IMG/VR virus record: IMGVR_UViG_3300006151_000024
Location: 1 to 45,821 of that record
From: a virus
Strand: one strand, 5' to 3'
DNA length: 45,821 bases
Shown here in pieces: positions 1-8,040 of this stretch (the first letter of the stretch is position 1; the number at the start of each line of letters is the position of its first letter). A program made the position numbers and the translations under genes. Under the pieces are notes generated by a model, which saw nothing but the letters and a program-made list of their open reading frames with translations, did not search any database and had not been told where the DNA came from.

Positions 1-77
1 CGGCACAGGGCCAGAATGTCATTGATCCGCTGGCGCTCCTCCGCCACGGCCCGCTGTGCGCTCTCCTCGCTGGTGGC
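1..77. repeat. Terminal direct repeat, copy 1 (identical to 45745..45821). Indicates a circular or circularly permuted genome, or an assembly overlap
   Basis: Bases 1-77 (cggcacagggccagaatgtc...ctcgctggtggc) recur base-for-base at 45745-45821. Unique length is 45744 bp. Confidence 0.95.
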
Positions 78-308
78 GCCGTGCGTCCCGGCAGGGGGAG
101 GGGTGGGGGTGTTCACGGGGTCCTGGCCGCCCGCGCTGCGCTGGCCGCCGGCAGGCTCCCCGCCTCCCTGGTCGTCCGGCTCCGCGTCGATCTTGCGCTG
201 GAGATCGTCATACTCCGCCTGTTCCTCCGCCGTCAGGCCCCGCCCGGCGGCGCGGGCAGCGTCCACAATGGCCTGCTGCCGCTCGATCCACTTTTTCTTG
301 TTTTTCAT
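1..308 (-). CDS. Major capsid protein (HK97-fold), 5' part. The gene wraps the contig junction and continues at 45744..44493 (519 aa in total)
   Basis: ATG at 308 is preceded by GGAGGTAAG. My hand translation stays open down to base 1 (MKNKKKWIERQQAIVDAARAAGRGLTAEEQAEYDDLQRKID...). It is in frame with ORF 44493..45791 once the 77-bp overlap is collapsed (308-47=261 nt). The coiled-coil N-terminus resembles a capsid delta/scaffold domain, and the gene lies directly after the prohead protease. Confidence 0.8.
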   Translation of the reverse strand, partial: MKNKKKWIERQQAIVDAARAAGRGLTAEEQAEYDDLQRKIDAEPDDQGGGEPAGGQRSAGGQDPVNTPTPPPAGTHGATSEESAQRAVAEERQRINDILALC

Positions 309-312
309 GCTC

Positions 313-870
313 TTACCTCCAATACCTGTTTTTGTTGATCTGGATTTGCCTCTCATACAGGGATAGATCCGGCGGCCCGTTATCGGACCGGCCCACGCCC
401 ACGGTTGCGTCCGCAGGCACGGAAACAATGGAAATTTCCAGCACCGTCCATTTCCGGGCGATTTGACACGGTCCGGTGAAACGTCCGTCCGCAGACACGG
501 CCCCGGCCTTGACCTCCTCCCAGGCGTCCACAGCGTAGCGCACGGACGTGGTTTTCAGGGTTCCGGTCTTGACCTTGCCGAAAATCTTTTCGGCGTCGTC
601 GTCGCTGTCGAACTCAATTTCTGCCATGCCCCGGTTGTTCTCCACCCAGGCCCGGATCACCCTGCCCACCACTCTGTCCACGTCATGGTTGAACAGGACC
701 ACGCCCACCGTGTTCATGCGGGACAGGTCCACAGCGCCAGGGCCGTGGTCCAGGATCTCCATGCCGAAATAACGCCGGTATGGCTCCTCACTGGAAAAGC
801 TAACTGTCCTCCGCCGGCTGTTCTCCGCCTCCGCCGGGCTGTTCGCCTCCCTGGTCAGGATTTCCCCCAT
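313..870 (-). CDS. Prohead maturation protease, HK97 type (peptidase S78/U35-like)
   Basis: The track ORF is 313..939; the likely start is the internal Met MGEILTRE at 870. The segment ...GMEILDHGPGAVDLSRMNTVGVVLFNHDVDRVVGRVIRAWVENNRGMAEIEFD..GKVKTGTLKTTSVRY.. matches the HK97 protease pattern. It sits between the portal and capsid genes. Confidence 0.8.
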   Translation of the reverse strand: MGEILTREANSPAEAENSRRRTVSFSSEEPYRRYFGMEILDHGPGAVDLSRMNTVGVVLFNHDVDRVVGRVIRAWVENNRGMAEIEFDSDDDAEKIFGKVKTGTLKTTSVRYAVDAWEEVKAGAVSADGRFTGPCQIARKWTVLEISIVSVPADATVGVGRSDNGPPDLSLYERQIQINKNRYWR

Positions 871-2383
871 GCTCCGGGTCGTCTGGTTCTTTTCCTCCTC
901 CGGCGCCGCTCTGCTGGGCTGCTGTCGTTCCAGTTCCAAAAATTACACCTCCCATATCAATTCCTTTTTTGCGGCCATACTCCAGGACCTCCGCCAGTTC
1001 GTCCACGGCCTCTTTCCAGTCCTTGCCCTTTTCGGCCTGGAGGTCCTGGAAAGTCTTTTGGCCGCTTTGCAGGGCGATCTTGTCCGCGCTTGCCTCTTTC
1101 GCCGGGTCGATCCACTTTTTCGGTGCCTTGACCCAGGAATGATCCATATAGTCCTCTTTGCGCTCCCAAAAATCTGGCACAGAAAACAGGCCAGACAGCA
1201 CCCCCGAAATTAGAAAGTTTTCGTACACCTCGGACATGAACGCGGTTAAAAGTTCGATTTCCTCCGTGTATGTGTTTTCATCCTCCAGGGCATTTTGACG
1301 GGCGGACGAATAGGTGGCCCCGCTCATGTCGCGGCTTACCGCCTCATAGGAAAGGCCCTGTCCCGCTCCAATTAGGCCCTGCTGTGTTTTCAGGAACGCG
1401 GTGGCGTCGGTGGCCGCCCCTTTGGGATCCACCACCTCCACGTCGTCCCCGGCCCCCAGTTCCATGATCATGCCGGGCGTCATTTTCTTGCCGGAATAGT
1501 CCACCTGTCCGCCCTTGCTGTTCCAGTTACTCCGCCCGGTGCCTCCGCTCGGCATGGTCTTTTTGATCACCAGTCCCACCAGGGCGGCGATCCGTTCCTT
1601 GATGGCCACGGCGGTGATAAATTCGTTTGTGTCCCGCACTCTGGTGATTGTCGGGGACATATCGGACATTTCCCGCAGTTGGCTTGGGCGGTGTTTGCTC
1701 TTGTAGAAAAACACGTCCTTTGCCTCGATGTATGCAGGCTCCGCCAGCTGCCAGCCCTCTATGTCATACTGGCGGATCCAGTAGCCCACAGGGCGGCGAT
1801 ATTGGTTATACTCAATTCCGCCCACCACCCTGTTTCCCTGGTAGCGCGGCGTTGCCTGGGTCTTGTCCAGTTCGTCCACTTCCAGGCATTGAAGTTTGAA
1901 CGGGACCACACCGCCGGGGGTGTAACGGTACAGGACGATCATGCCGCCGTCCACCTTTTTCCGCTCTACCATCATCCGCAGAATTTCATTGAAAGACTGT
2001 TCCCCGGTCACGTCGCAGTTTCTGGCCTTGCACCAGCGTTTCCACGCTTTTTCGATCTGTTTATCCAGGCTGTCGTTTCCGGTTGCGGCCCGCAGGGTAT
2101 AGCCCTTGCCCACCACGTTGCGCTTGTAGGCGTGGAGAACGGCCTGGGCTATATCGCTGTTTCGCTCCAGGTCCCGCGCCCGTGCCCGCACAATGTCCCG
2201 GCTGTATTTGTCGGTTGCCTCCGCGCTTTCGTTTGTGACCCGCCACCCGGAATTGATCCGGCCATTTCCGGCGGCGTCATAGCCCCGCAGTTCCTCCAGC
2301 CCTTGCCGCCACATTTCCCGCTCATAGGCCCGGCGCGGGGACACGGCGGCGATCACGTTATCAAACCAGCCCACGCCGATCAC
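800..2383 (-). CDS. Portal protein (lambda-family, Phage_portal_2-like)
   Basis: 527 aa, located after terL/gpW. The N-terminus is MIGVGWFDNVIAAVSPRRAYEREMWRQG..YDAAGNGRINSGWRVTN..DIVRARARDLERNSD, typical of lambda gpB-type portals. An alternative GTG start at 2374 lies 8 nt after GGGAGGTG. Confidence 0.85.
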   Translation of the reverse strand: MIGVGWFDNVIAAVSPRRAYEREMWRQGLEELRGYDAAGNGRINSGWRVTNESAEATDKYSRDIVRARARDLERNSDIAQAVLHAYKRNVVGKGYTLRAATGNDSLDKQIEKAWKRWCKARNCDVTGEQSFNEILRMMVERKKVDGGMIVLYRYTPGGVVPFKLQCLEVDELDKTQATPRYQGNRVVGGIEYNQYRRPVGYWIRQYDIEGWQLAEPAYIEAKDVFFYKSKHRPSQLREMSDMSPTITRVRDTNEFITAVAIKERIAALVGLVIKKTMPSGGTGRSNWNSKGGQVDYSGKKMTPGMIMELGAGDDVEVVDPKGAATDATAFLKTQQGLIGAGQGLSYEAVSRDMSGATYSSARQNALEDENTYTEEIELLTAFMSEVYENFLISGVLSGLFSVPDFWERKEDYMDHSWVKAPKKWIDPAKEASADKIALQSGQKTFQDLQAEKGKDWKEAVDELAEVLEYGRKKGIDMGGVIFGTGTTAAQQSGAGGGKEPDDPEHGGNPDQGGEQPGGGGEQPAEDS

Positions 2384-2607
2384 CTCCCATCGAAAAACGC
2401 CACATAGGTCCGCCCCAGCAGGCTGCCGCTTTCCTCATTGGCCAGTTGTGCCTCCAGGTCGTCCCGCATGGACTTTAACATGGCCAGGTCCGCACGGGTC
2501 AGGGACCGGCTGCCGATCTTGTATGACTGGCCACCACACAGCACGGTGGTGATGGCGGTATTTACCTGGGCCAGCATTTCCGCTGCCGTCATTTTCGTTT
2601 CGTCCAT
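2380..2607 (-). CDS. Head-tail joining protein, lambda gpW-like
   Basis: 75 aa, located between terL and the portal as in lambda. GGAGGG RBS precedes ATG 2607. The sequence ...AITTVLCGGQSYKIGSRSLTRADLAMLKSMRDDLEAQL resembles gpW. Confidence 0.7.
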   Translation of the reverse strand: MDETKMTAAEMLAQVNTAITTVLCGGQSYKIGSRSLTRADLAMLKSMRDDLEAQLANEESGSLLGRTYVAFFDGR

Positions 2608-2619
2608 GGTTCCCTCCGC

Positions 2620-4464
2620 TTAAATCCACTCGCCGCTTTGGCGGATCCAATTTTCCTCCGGGGCCGTTTCCTGCCTTGGCGTCTGGTCCGCCTTTTCCTG
2701 CGGTTTCTCCGCCGTGCCCTCCTGGTTCTGGAGGAACAGGGACCGGACCTCCAGCACGTCCGCCGCCGCTGCCGCGTACACCTCACAGTCCAGGTAATGG
2801 TTGGCCGCGTGGGAGGCTTTCAGCGCCCACCGCTGGACCACCTTTCCCTTGGACCGCTCCGTGATCTTATGCTCCGCCGTGACCTGTTCCGCATACTCCA
2901 GATCACAGTCTTTGTGTACCATCCAGGCGCCCCGCCCGTTTGGTTTCCTCATTCTGGAGGCGATCATGTCCTTGTATTTTCCGCCGTCCACCAGGACCAG
3001 CTGCATACCGTTGGCGCGGCTCCCGGCCTTGTCCACGGTGGAAATTCTATAATGCCCCTGCATGGTTGGGACGCCCTTACAGGCCCGCACCCACTCCGCA
3101 TTGATCAGGCAAAATTCATATACCGCGTCTGTCTGGTCGCCGCTGTCCATTAGTGCTAATTCCACCATCATTTTTTCCCCGGACGGCATGGAAAAGCTGG
3201 TATTCATAACCCGCTCCACCTCCGACATGGAAAGGGCCTGGCCGTGTGCCACGTTTTGGCTGGTCATAAAATCGCCCCAGGCCCGGATCGTCCAGTACAG
3301 ACAATTCTCCTGCACGTCGATCCCGCCGGTCAGCAGCTTGGTCCACTCTGGCAGTTCCCAGGCGGGCACCTCGGTCTGTCGCTCCATGACCAGATCCGCG
3401 TTGGTTTTCAGGGCCGTGTCCTCCCACGGCTCCGCCAGCCAGCTGTTGGTGAAGTTCTGCAGTAGTTCCGGGTCGTCCTTGCTCCGCATGAACTCCCGCG
3501 CTATATCGGAAAAGCGGGTAAAGGGGGAGTATAGCGTATTCATCCAGAACGCCACACTTTTGGCGGTCCCGCCCCGCTGCCGTACTGGCCGCCACTGTCC
3601 GGCCTCCAGCATTTTCCCCTTGTCCTGGTCTGTGATCACGCCCCCACACGCCTGGCACACATAGAACGCCATTTCCGCCCGCTCCGCGTTGTCCGGCACG
3701 TCGTCCTTGCTGGGCCACTTGATTTGTGCAAATTTCAGTTCTATGTACTCCCCACAATGGGGGCAGGGGACGAAATAGTGTTTTTCCATGTCCGCCCGTT
3801 CCAGCGCCCGCCATATATGGCCGCTTTTCAGTGTCGGTGTGGAGGCCATGAAAATTTTTCTGTTGAAAAACGTCTTTGTTCGCTCCCTGGCCAGGGAAAC
3901 GGGGTCCGCCTCCCGCTTTGACGCACCTGGGAACTTGTCCACTTCATCCAGAAATAGGTTTCGGATCGGCTTGCTGGATAGGTCCGCCGGGCTGTTTGCG
4001 CCGGTCAGGTATAGAAACATATCCCGGAATTTCAGCTGTAATTTTTTGCTTTCCGTTTCCCGGAACTTGCCCGCTATATCCGGGCAGGCTTTGAACATGG
4101 GCACCAGGCGGGTTTCCGCCGTTGTTTCCGCCAGGTCGTCCGATGGATAGACCACCATGGTGGGGGCCGGTTCCTGGTCCACCAGGGTGCCGATCATGTT
4201 TTCCATGGCTGTGGTGCCGCCCACCTGGGTGGGCTTGACGAATATAATTTCCTCGATCACGTCGTCAGAAAATGCGTCCATGATCTCCACCAGGTAGGGG
4301 GTCACGCTGTTGCGCCACGGCCCCGGCATGGCTCCGCCGGTCAGGGTCCGCTTTTTTTCCGCCCACTGGGAAACGGTCAGCCGCTCCGTCGGGCGCAGGA
4401 CTTGAATGGCCCGATATATCCAGCTTGGCACCGTGTAGGGCTTTATTTTTTGCCGCCGTTTCAT
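2620..4464 (-). CDS. terL: Terminase large subunit, GpA family
   Basis: 614 aa. Contains the N-terminal pattern TVSQWAEKKRTL..GPWRNSVTPYLVEIMDAFSD..EIIFVKPTQVGGTT (Walker A-like) and a CPHCGEY zinc motif. Its ATG overlaps the terS stop (ATGA at 4461-4464). Confidence 0.9.
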   Translation of the reverse strand: MKRRQKIKPYTVPSWIYRAIQVLRPTERLTVSQWAEKKRTLTGGAMPGPWRNSVTPYLVEIMDAFSDDVIEEIIFVKPTQVGGTTAMENMIGTLVDQEPAPTMVVYPSDDLAETTAETRLVPMFKACPDIAGKFRETESKKLQLKFRDMFLYLTGANSPADLSSKPIRNLFLDEVDKFPGASKREADPVSLARERTKTFFNRKIFMASTPTLKSGHIWRALERADMEKHYFVPCPHCGEYIELKFAQIKWPSKDDVPDNAERAEMAFYVCQACGGVITDQDKGKMLEAGQWRPVRQRGGTAKSVAFWMNTLYSPFTRFSDIAREFMRSKDDPELLQNFTNSWLAEPWEDTALKTNADLVMERQTEVPAWELPEWTKLLTGGIDVQENCLYWTIRAWGDFMTSQNVAHGQALSMSEVERVMNTSFSMPSGEKMMVELALMDSGDQTDAVYEFCLINAEWVRACKGVPTMQGHYRISTVDKAGSRANGMQLVLVDGGKYKDMIASRMRKPNGRGAWMVHKDCDLEYAEQVTAEHKITERSKGKVVQRWALKASHAANHYLDCEVYAAAAADVLEVRSLFLQNQEGTAEKPQEKADQTPRQETAPEENWIRQSGEWI

Positions 4465-5069
4465 GTTTCCTCCTGGCGCTGTTCCATAGCGGCGTCCGAA
4501 AATGCTGTCAGCATGGTTTCAAGTTCTTTCCTCATTGCCTTTTCCATGGTCCGTATGGTCAGCGCGTCCGCATAACCGGCCATGGTGCCCACCGTGCGGG
4601 GCGGGATATTCATGGCAAACTTTTTGAACATGGCCATAAACTCCGCCAGTTCCTCCGCCGCCTGGTCCGCCGGTATGTATTTCCCCTCTGCTATGGCCGT
4701 TTTCAGCTTGTGGAGCTGCCCCTGGCTTTCTTTCAGTTCCACCTCTGCCTCCAGCTTTTTCAGGGCCAATTCCTCCGCCCGGCCCCGCTCCCCGGTTTCC
4801 TGGGCCTTTTGCTCGATGTGGGCAATATACCGCTGGATCGTTTCGCAGGTCCGGTATTTCCGCGCCCCGCCGCCGGGCGGGATCTCGGTTTCCAGCACCC
4901 CGTCCTGGGTCAGCTGCTGGACCCTGCGGCACCCCTTAAAGCCCAGCATTTGGGCGATCACTCCCGTGCTGGACCACTCCGGCACGGTCCCGGTCAGGAC
5001 CGCCGGCTTTTCCGCTTTTGGCTTTTTCGGCGCCGCTTTTTTCACGGCTGTTTTCTTCTGCTCCGCCAC
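4461..5069 (-). CDS. terS: Terminase small subunit, Nu1-like (start uncertain)
   Basis: The C-terminal 200 aa has an N-proximal HTH-like segment (WSSTGVIAQMLGFKGCRRVQQLTQDGVL) followed by a coiled coil, as in lambda Nu1. I prefer the GTG at 5069, 9 nt after GAAAGGGGG. The track ORF reaches 5429, but that extension is low-complexity and crosses a strong hairpin. An alternative ATG lies at 5252. Confidence 0.65.
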   Translation of the reverse strand: MAEQKKTAVKKAAPKKPKAEKPAVLTGTVPEWSSTGVIAQMLGFKGCRRVQQLTQDGVLETEIPPGGGARKYRTCETIQRYIAHIEQKAQETGERGRAEELALKKLEAEVELKESQGQLHKLKTAIAEGKYIPADQAAEELAEFMAMFKKFAMNIPPRTVGTMAGYADALTIRTMEKAMRKELETMLTAFSDAAMEQRQEET

Positions 5070-5170
5070 TGGAGGCGGCCCCCTTTCCCGCCCCGGCGGT
5101 GGAGGTCCGCCGGTTTCGTTTTTTCCTCCCGCGTCCGTTTCGCATTTTGACCCGCTCCGGCCCGCTCGGT

Positions 5171-5193
5171 TATCCCCCCCTTTAGGGGGGATA
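5171..5193. other. Perfect 9-bp G/C-rich inverted repeat (tatcccccc-cttta-ggggggata) in the non-coding stretch upstream of terS
   Basis: Read directly from the sequence: tatccccccctttaggggggata. It lies inside a roughly 490-bp region (5070-5558) with no convincing ORF. Confidence 0.7.
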
Positions 5194-5558
5194 AATTCCG
5201 GCGGCGTTTTTGCTATGCGTAACGTAACAGGCCCAAAAATTTTTTGTTTCATGGGCAAAAATACCGGGCTTTCATTGCCCCGCGTTGGTTTTGCCTCCAG
5301 GGAGGACCCACGCAGGGGGTGGCCGCCGATCTCGCGGACCTGCTGGCCAGCGGCCCGGCCTCCCACCATGCTCATGGATGGCGGCGGGGTGAAAGGATAA
5401 AGCCCCCGCCGCGCACCCTCCACACCCATGGAGTGAAAAGCAGCGGGGCCACCAGGTTTCTGTCCCCTGGCGGCCCCTGTATTCCTTGCGGCTTTTCATG
5501 CTATCAATATAGCACAGGCAATAGTCCAAAAGCGTCCACACTTTTCAGCCCGGCCATT

Positions 5559-6065
5559 TTATTTCTTTGCCCCTCTGTTCCTGTCCTTAAAATCCCCCAG
5601 CAGTTTCCCGCTTTGCTCATTCCTGGCCAGCATATCCAGGGCCGCATTGTAGTAATTAAAAACCGCTGACCGGCTCATATAGACCGCCCCGGCGATCTGC
5701 TCCCATGACTTACAGTCTATGTGTCGCATTTCCACCACGGTCCGCTCCATGGACCCTATGGGCAGTAGGTCTATTAAGTCCATGACGTTCTGGGCGGCCT
5801 TGGCCATTTCCGCCTGCTGGGCCTCGATCCGCTCCTCCACGTCCGCGATCTGAAAGACAAGGGCGCCCGCCCCGTCCGGGTGTACCGGCTTGGCGGATGG
5901 CATGGCCCGGAACGCCGGGGCGGTGGATGGCCCCCGCAGTTCTGCGGATAGTGTGCGGCGGCGCTCCTCCAAAATCTGCTTTTTCTGTTTTGCCGCGTGA
6001 TATTGCTGCAGGTAGCGTTTCACCGCCTCCCGCTCCAGCTTTGCCCCCGTTGTCTTTCTGCCCAT
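5559..6065 (-). CDS. Putative late-gene transcriptional activator (sigma-70 region 4 / RinA-ArpU-like HTH)
   Basis: 168 aa, GAGGTG RBS. The C-terminus MERTVVEMRHIDCKSWEQIAGAVYMSRSAVFNYYNAALDMLA looks like a sigma region-4 HTH. It is the last gene before the packaging module. Confidence 0.55.
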   Translation of the reverse strand: MGRKTTGAKLEREAVKRYLQQYHAAKQKKQILEERRRTLSAELRGPSTAPAFRAMPSAKPVHPDGAGALVFQIADVEERIEAQQAEMAKAAQNVMDLIDLLPIGSMERTVVEMRHIDCKSWEQIAGAVYMSRSAVFNYYNAALDMLARNEQSGKLLGDFKDRNRGAKK

Positions 6066-6067
6066 GG

Positions 6068-6601
6068 TTACACCTCGGTTATGTCAATTCCCAGCTTGTC
6101 CTTTAGCATTTTTCGCTTTAGCAAATATTCCTTTGTCCGCGTGGGGCGGCTTTTCACGTCCTCCACCACCAGATCCCAGGGAAGTCCCAATTTATCGGAC
6201 CATTCCACTGGGTTGTCCGCATATATTGCCCACCTTTTTGCCGGCGGTGTCCGGTATGTAAAATCCGCCCTGTACCGGATGGCCCGCCACCGGCGGCCCT
6301 CGGTGTCCGTGTATGCCTCTTGCAAAGTAAAATCTACCTGCAGGCGCAGGTCCCGAATTTGCCCGGCCTGTTCCAGCGCGATCAGGTGATCATAGCGCCG
6401 TGCCTCTTTTTGGCTGTCGAAGTGGAGGACGGCCCCGGACGGCGTGACCCGCTCGGTTGGGCTGTTGTGGTATTTGCTGGCCTTTTGCGGCCCATCAGCG
6501 GCAGGGGAGGAGGGAGGCCCCCGCCGTTTCTGCTGGGCCATGTATTTCTGGAGCGCCTGGGCCTGATATTTTGGCGGCAGGTCTTTCACGTCAATGGCCA
6601 C
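6068..6601 (-). CDS. DUF1064-family protein (putative endonuclease/resolvase)
   Basis: SKYHNSPTE..SGAVLHFDSQKEARRYDHLIALEQAGQIRDLRLQVDFTL....IRYRADFTY...VVEDVKSRPTRTKEYLLKRKML matches the DUF1064 pattern (KY.N....FDSk.Ea.ry..L......I..L..Q). Confidence 0.7.
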   Translation of the reverse strand: MAIDVKDLPPKYQAQALQKYMAQQKRRGPPSSPAADGPQKASKYHNSPTERVTPSGAVLHFDSQKEARRYDHLIALEQAGQIRDLRLQVDFTLQEAYTDTEGRRWRAIRYRADFTYRTPPAKRWAIYADNPVEWSDKLGLPWDLVVEDVKSRPTRTKEYLLKRKMLKDKLGIDITEV

Positions 6602-6604
6602 CGC

Positions 6605-7006
6605 CTACACCTCCGCCGCCGCGTCCGGGATCTCCACATACCGCCACGACATTGGCGGGGTGTTCAGGCCGAACTCTGCCAGCGGGCTGGGTGTGTCATA
6701 TTTCTGCGGGTTCTCCACCAGCCACCCGTAAAGGCTCCCGCCCTTGGCATAGGTCCGCAGGTCCTCCAGCTTGACCCCGGACCGCTCCACCAGCATTTCC
6801 AGCAGGTTGGTTTTGATCCATCCCGGACAGGTAAATTGTCCTTGCACCGCTCCGGTCCCGCTGACATACACCAGCACGGTCAGCGGCCAGCGGAACACTC
6901 GCCCGTCTTTACTTTGCGGGGCGGACTTGCGGATCTCCAGCCCCTTTTCCCCGGACAGGATTTTCTCCCACCATTCCTGTTTCACGCTTGCAAGTACGGC
7001 TTTCAC
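6605..7006 (-). CDS. ASCH (PUA-like) domain protein
   Basis: GTG at 7006 overlaps the upstream stop (GTGA) and lies 7 nt after GGAGAGGAGG. The N-terminus VKAVLASVKQEWWEKILSGEKGLEIRKSAP is ASCH-like. The longer track ORF (to 7216) overlaps the upstream gene. Confidence 0.6.
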   Translation of the reverse strand: MKAVLASVKQEWWEKILSGEKGLEIRKSAPQSKDGRVFRWPLTVLVYVSGTGAVQGQFTCPGWIKTNLLEMLVERSGVKLEDLRTYAKGGSLYGWLVENPQKYDTPSPLAEFGLNTPPMSWRYVEIPDAAAEV

Positions 7007-7200
7007 TCCGCTGCCTCCTCTCCGCCCGGCGCTTTCTTGTTCTGGTTGAACAGGACGGCACCAATGTATGCCTGGATCAGTTTCATGGCCTCCTCCGGCG
7101 TGGCCCCGGCCCCTATGGCGGACCGGTAGAAGATCAGCGCCATTTCCGCCGTCATTCCCAGGGCGTTCCGCAGTTGCTCCAGTTTCTTTTCCTTGTCCAC
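7003..7200 (-). CDS. Hypothetical small protein (65 aa)
   Basis: The ORF is in operon context and tightly packed between neighbouring genes. No motif recognised. Confidence 0.5.
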   Translation of the reverse strand: MDKEKKLEQLRNALGMTAEMALIFYRSAIGAGATPEEAMKLIQAYIGAVLFNQNKKAPGGEEAAE

Positions 7201-7203
7201 GGC

Positions 7204-7947
7204 TCACACCTCCCACGGGAACGCGGACGCGGGGAGGTCCGGGAAATACTCCCGCAGATTGCCCTTGTAGAACACGGGGATCTCATTCTCCGCGCAAAAG
7301 GCCGTGATCTGGTCCACCCACTCCCGGCGGGGGATCACCTTGTCCTTGCGGTTCCCGGTTTCTGCCCCCAGGATCACCCACTGGGGCAGGCCCTCCGCGT
7401 CCTCCATGGGGACCGGCTCCAGCAGCGGCTCCATGCTCCAAAACGTGTTGATGTTCACCCGCGGCATGGGGTACATGGCCACCGCGTCCCTGTTCGCCAC
7501 CGTGGACCCATACCAGAAATTTTCCCTGTGGGGGAGGAGGGCCAGGTGGTCCAGTTCCAGGTAGCGGGCCGGGTTCTTGGTCAGAAACAGGTAACGGTGC
7601 TGCGGTGCCCGCAGGCAGGCGTCGATCACCTGGGCGATCCAGGAAGTTGGCACCCACTTCCCGAACAGGTCAGACATGGAACACACAAAAACGGTCTGCG
7701 GCTCCTCCACGCGCTCCGGCTGGTTCAGGCGGTAGCGGTGCAGGGTAGGCTCGAAACCGTAGGGGTAGGGGGTGGCTTTGATCTTCTTCTCCAGAACATG
7801 GAGGCCACCAGGCAGCGGGGCGGGATCCTCCAGCCCCTTGTCGAAACGGTGGGCGGTCCGCCTGGCGTAGCAGTATGGGCACCCATGACGGCACCCTGTC
7901 AACGGGTTCCATGACGCGCTGGCCCAGTCAATTTTTGTCTTGTTCAT
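7204..7947 (-). CDS. Phage Gp37/Gp68 family protein (DUF5131)
   Basis: The N-terminus MNKTKIDWASASWNPLTGCRHGCPYCYARR is the hallmark T.I.W....WNP..GC...C..CYA motif of this family. 247 aa. Confidence 0.8.
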   Translation of the reverse strand: MNKTKIDWASASWNPLTGCRHGCPYCYARRTAHRFDKGLEDPAPLPGGLHVLEKKIKATPYPYGFEPTLHRYRLNQPERVEEPQTVFVCSMSDLFGKWVPTSWIAQVIDACLRAPQHRYLFLTKNPARYLELDHLALLPHRENFWYGSTVANRDAVAMYPMPRVNINTFWSMEPLLEPVPMEDAEGLPQWVILGAETGNRKDKVIPRREWVDQITAFCAENEIPVFYKGNLREYFPDLPASAFPWEV

Positions 7948-8016
7948 CTTGTGATCTCCTTTCTGTTTTCCGGGGGCATCTGGTTCGTCCCCAAACTTTA
8001 CACATTTACAAGGCCA

Positions 8017-8040
8017 TAAAAAGCTGAACTTACATTCAGC
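8017..8040 (-). terminator. Weak intrinsic terminator after the Rep gene
   Basis: The minus strand reads gctgaa-tgtaag-ttcagc followed by TTTTTT (plus-strand A6 at 8017-8022). The stem is only 6 bp. Confidence 0.45.

Noticed and set aside
1-77. The 77-bp terminal repeat as a genuine biological direct terminal repeat or att site
   Set aside because: It falls in the middle of the capsid coding sequence, and the frame is continuous across it. An exact 77-nt overlap is what a k-mer-based assembler leaves on circular contigs. I treat it as evidence of circular closure only.
5070-5541. N-terminal 120-aa extension of the terS ORF (to 5429) and the 89-aa ORF 5272..5541
   Set aside because: The sequences are non-protein-like and lack RBSs. 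They run through a perfect 9-bp G/C hairpin, and the conserved Nu1-like part begins only after 5069.
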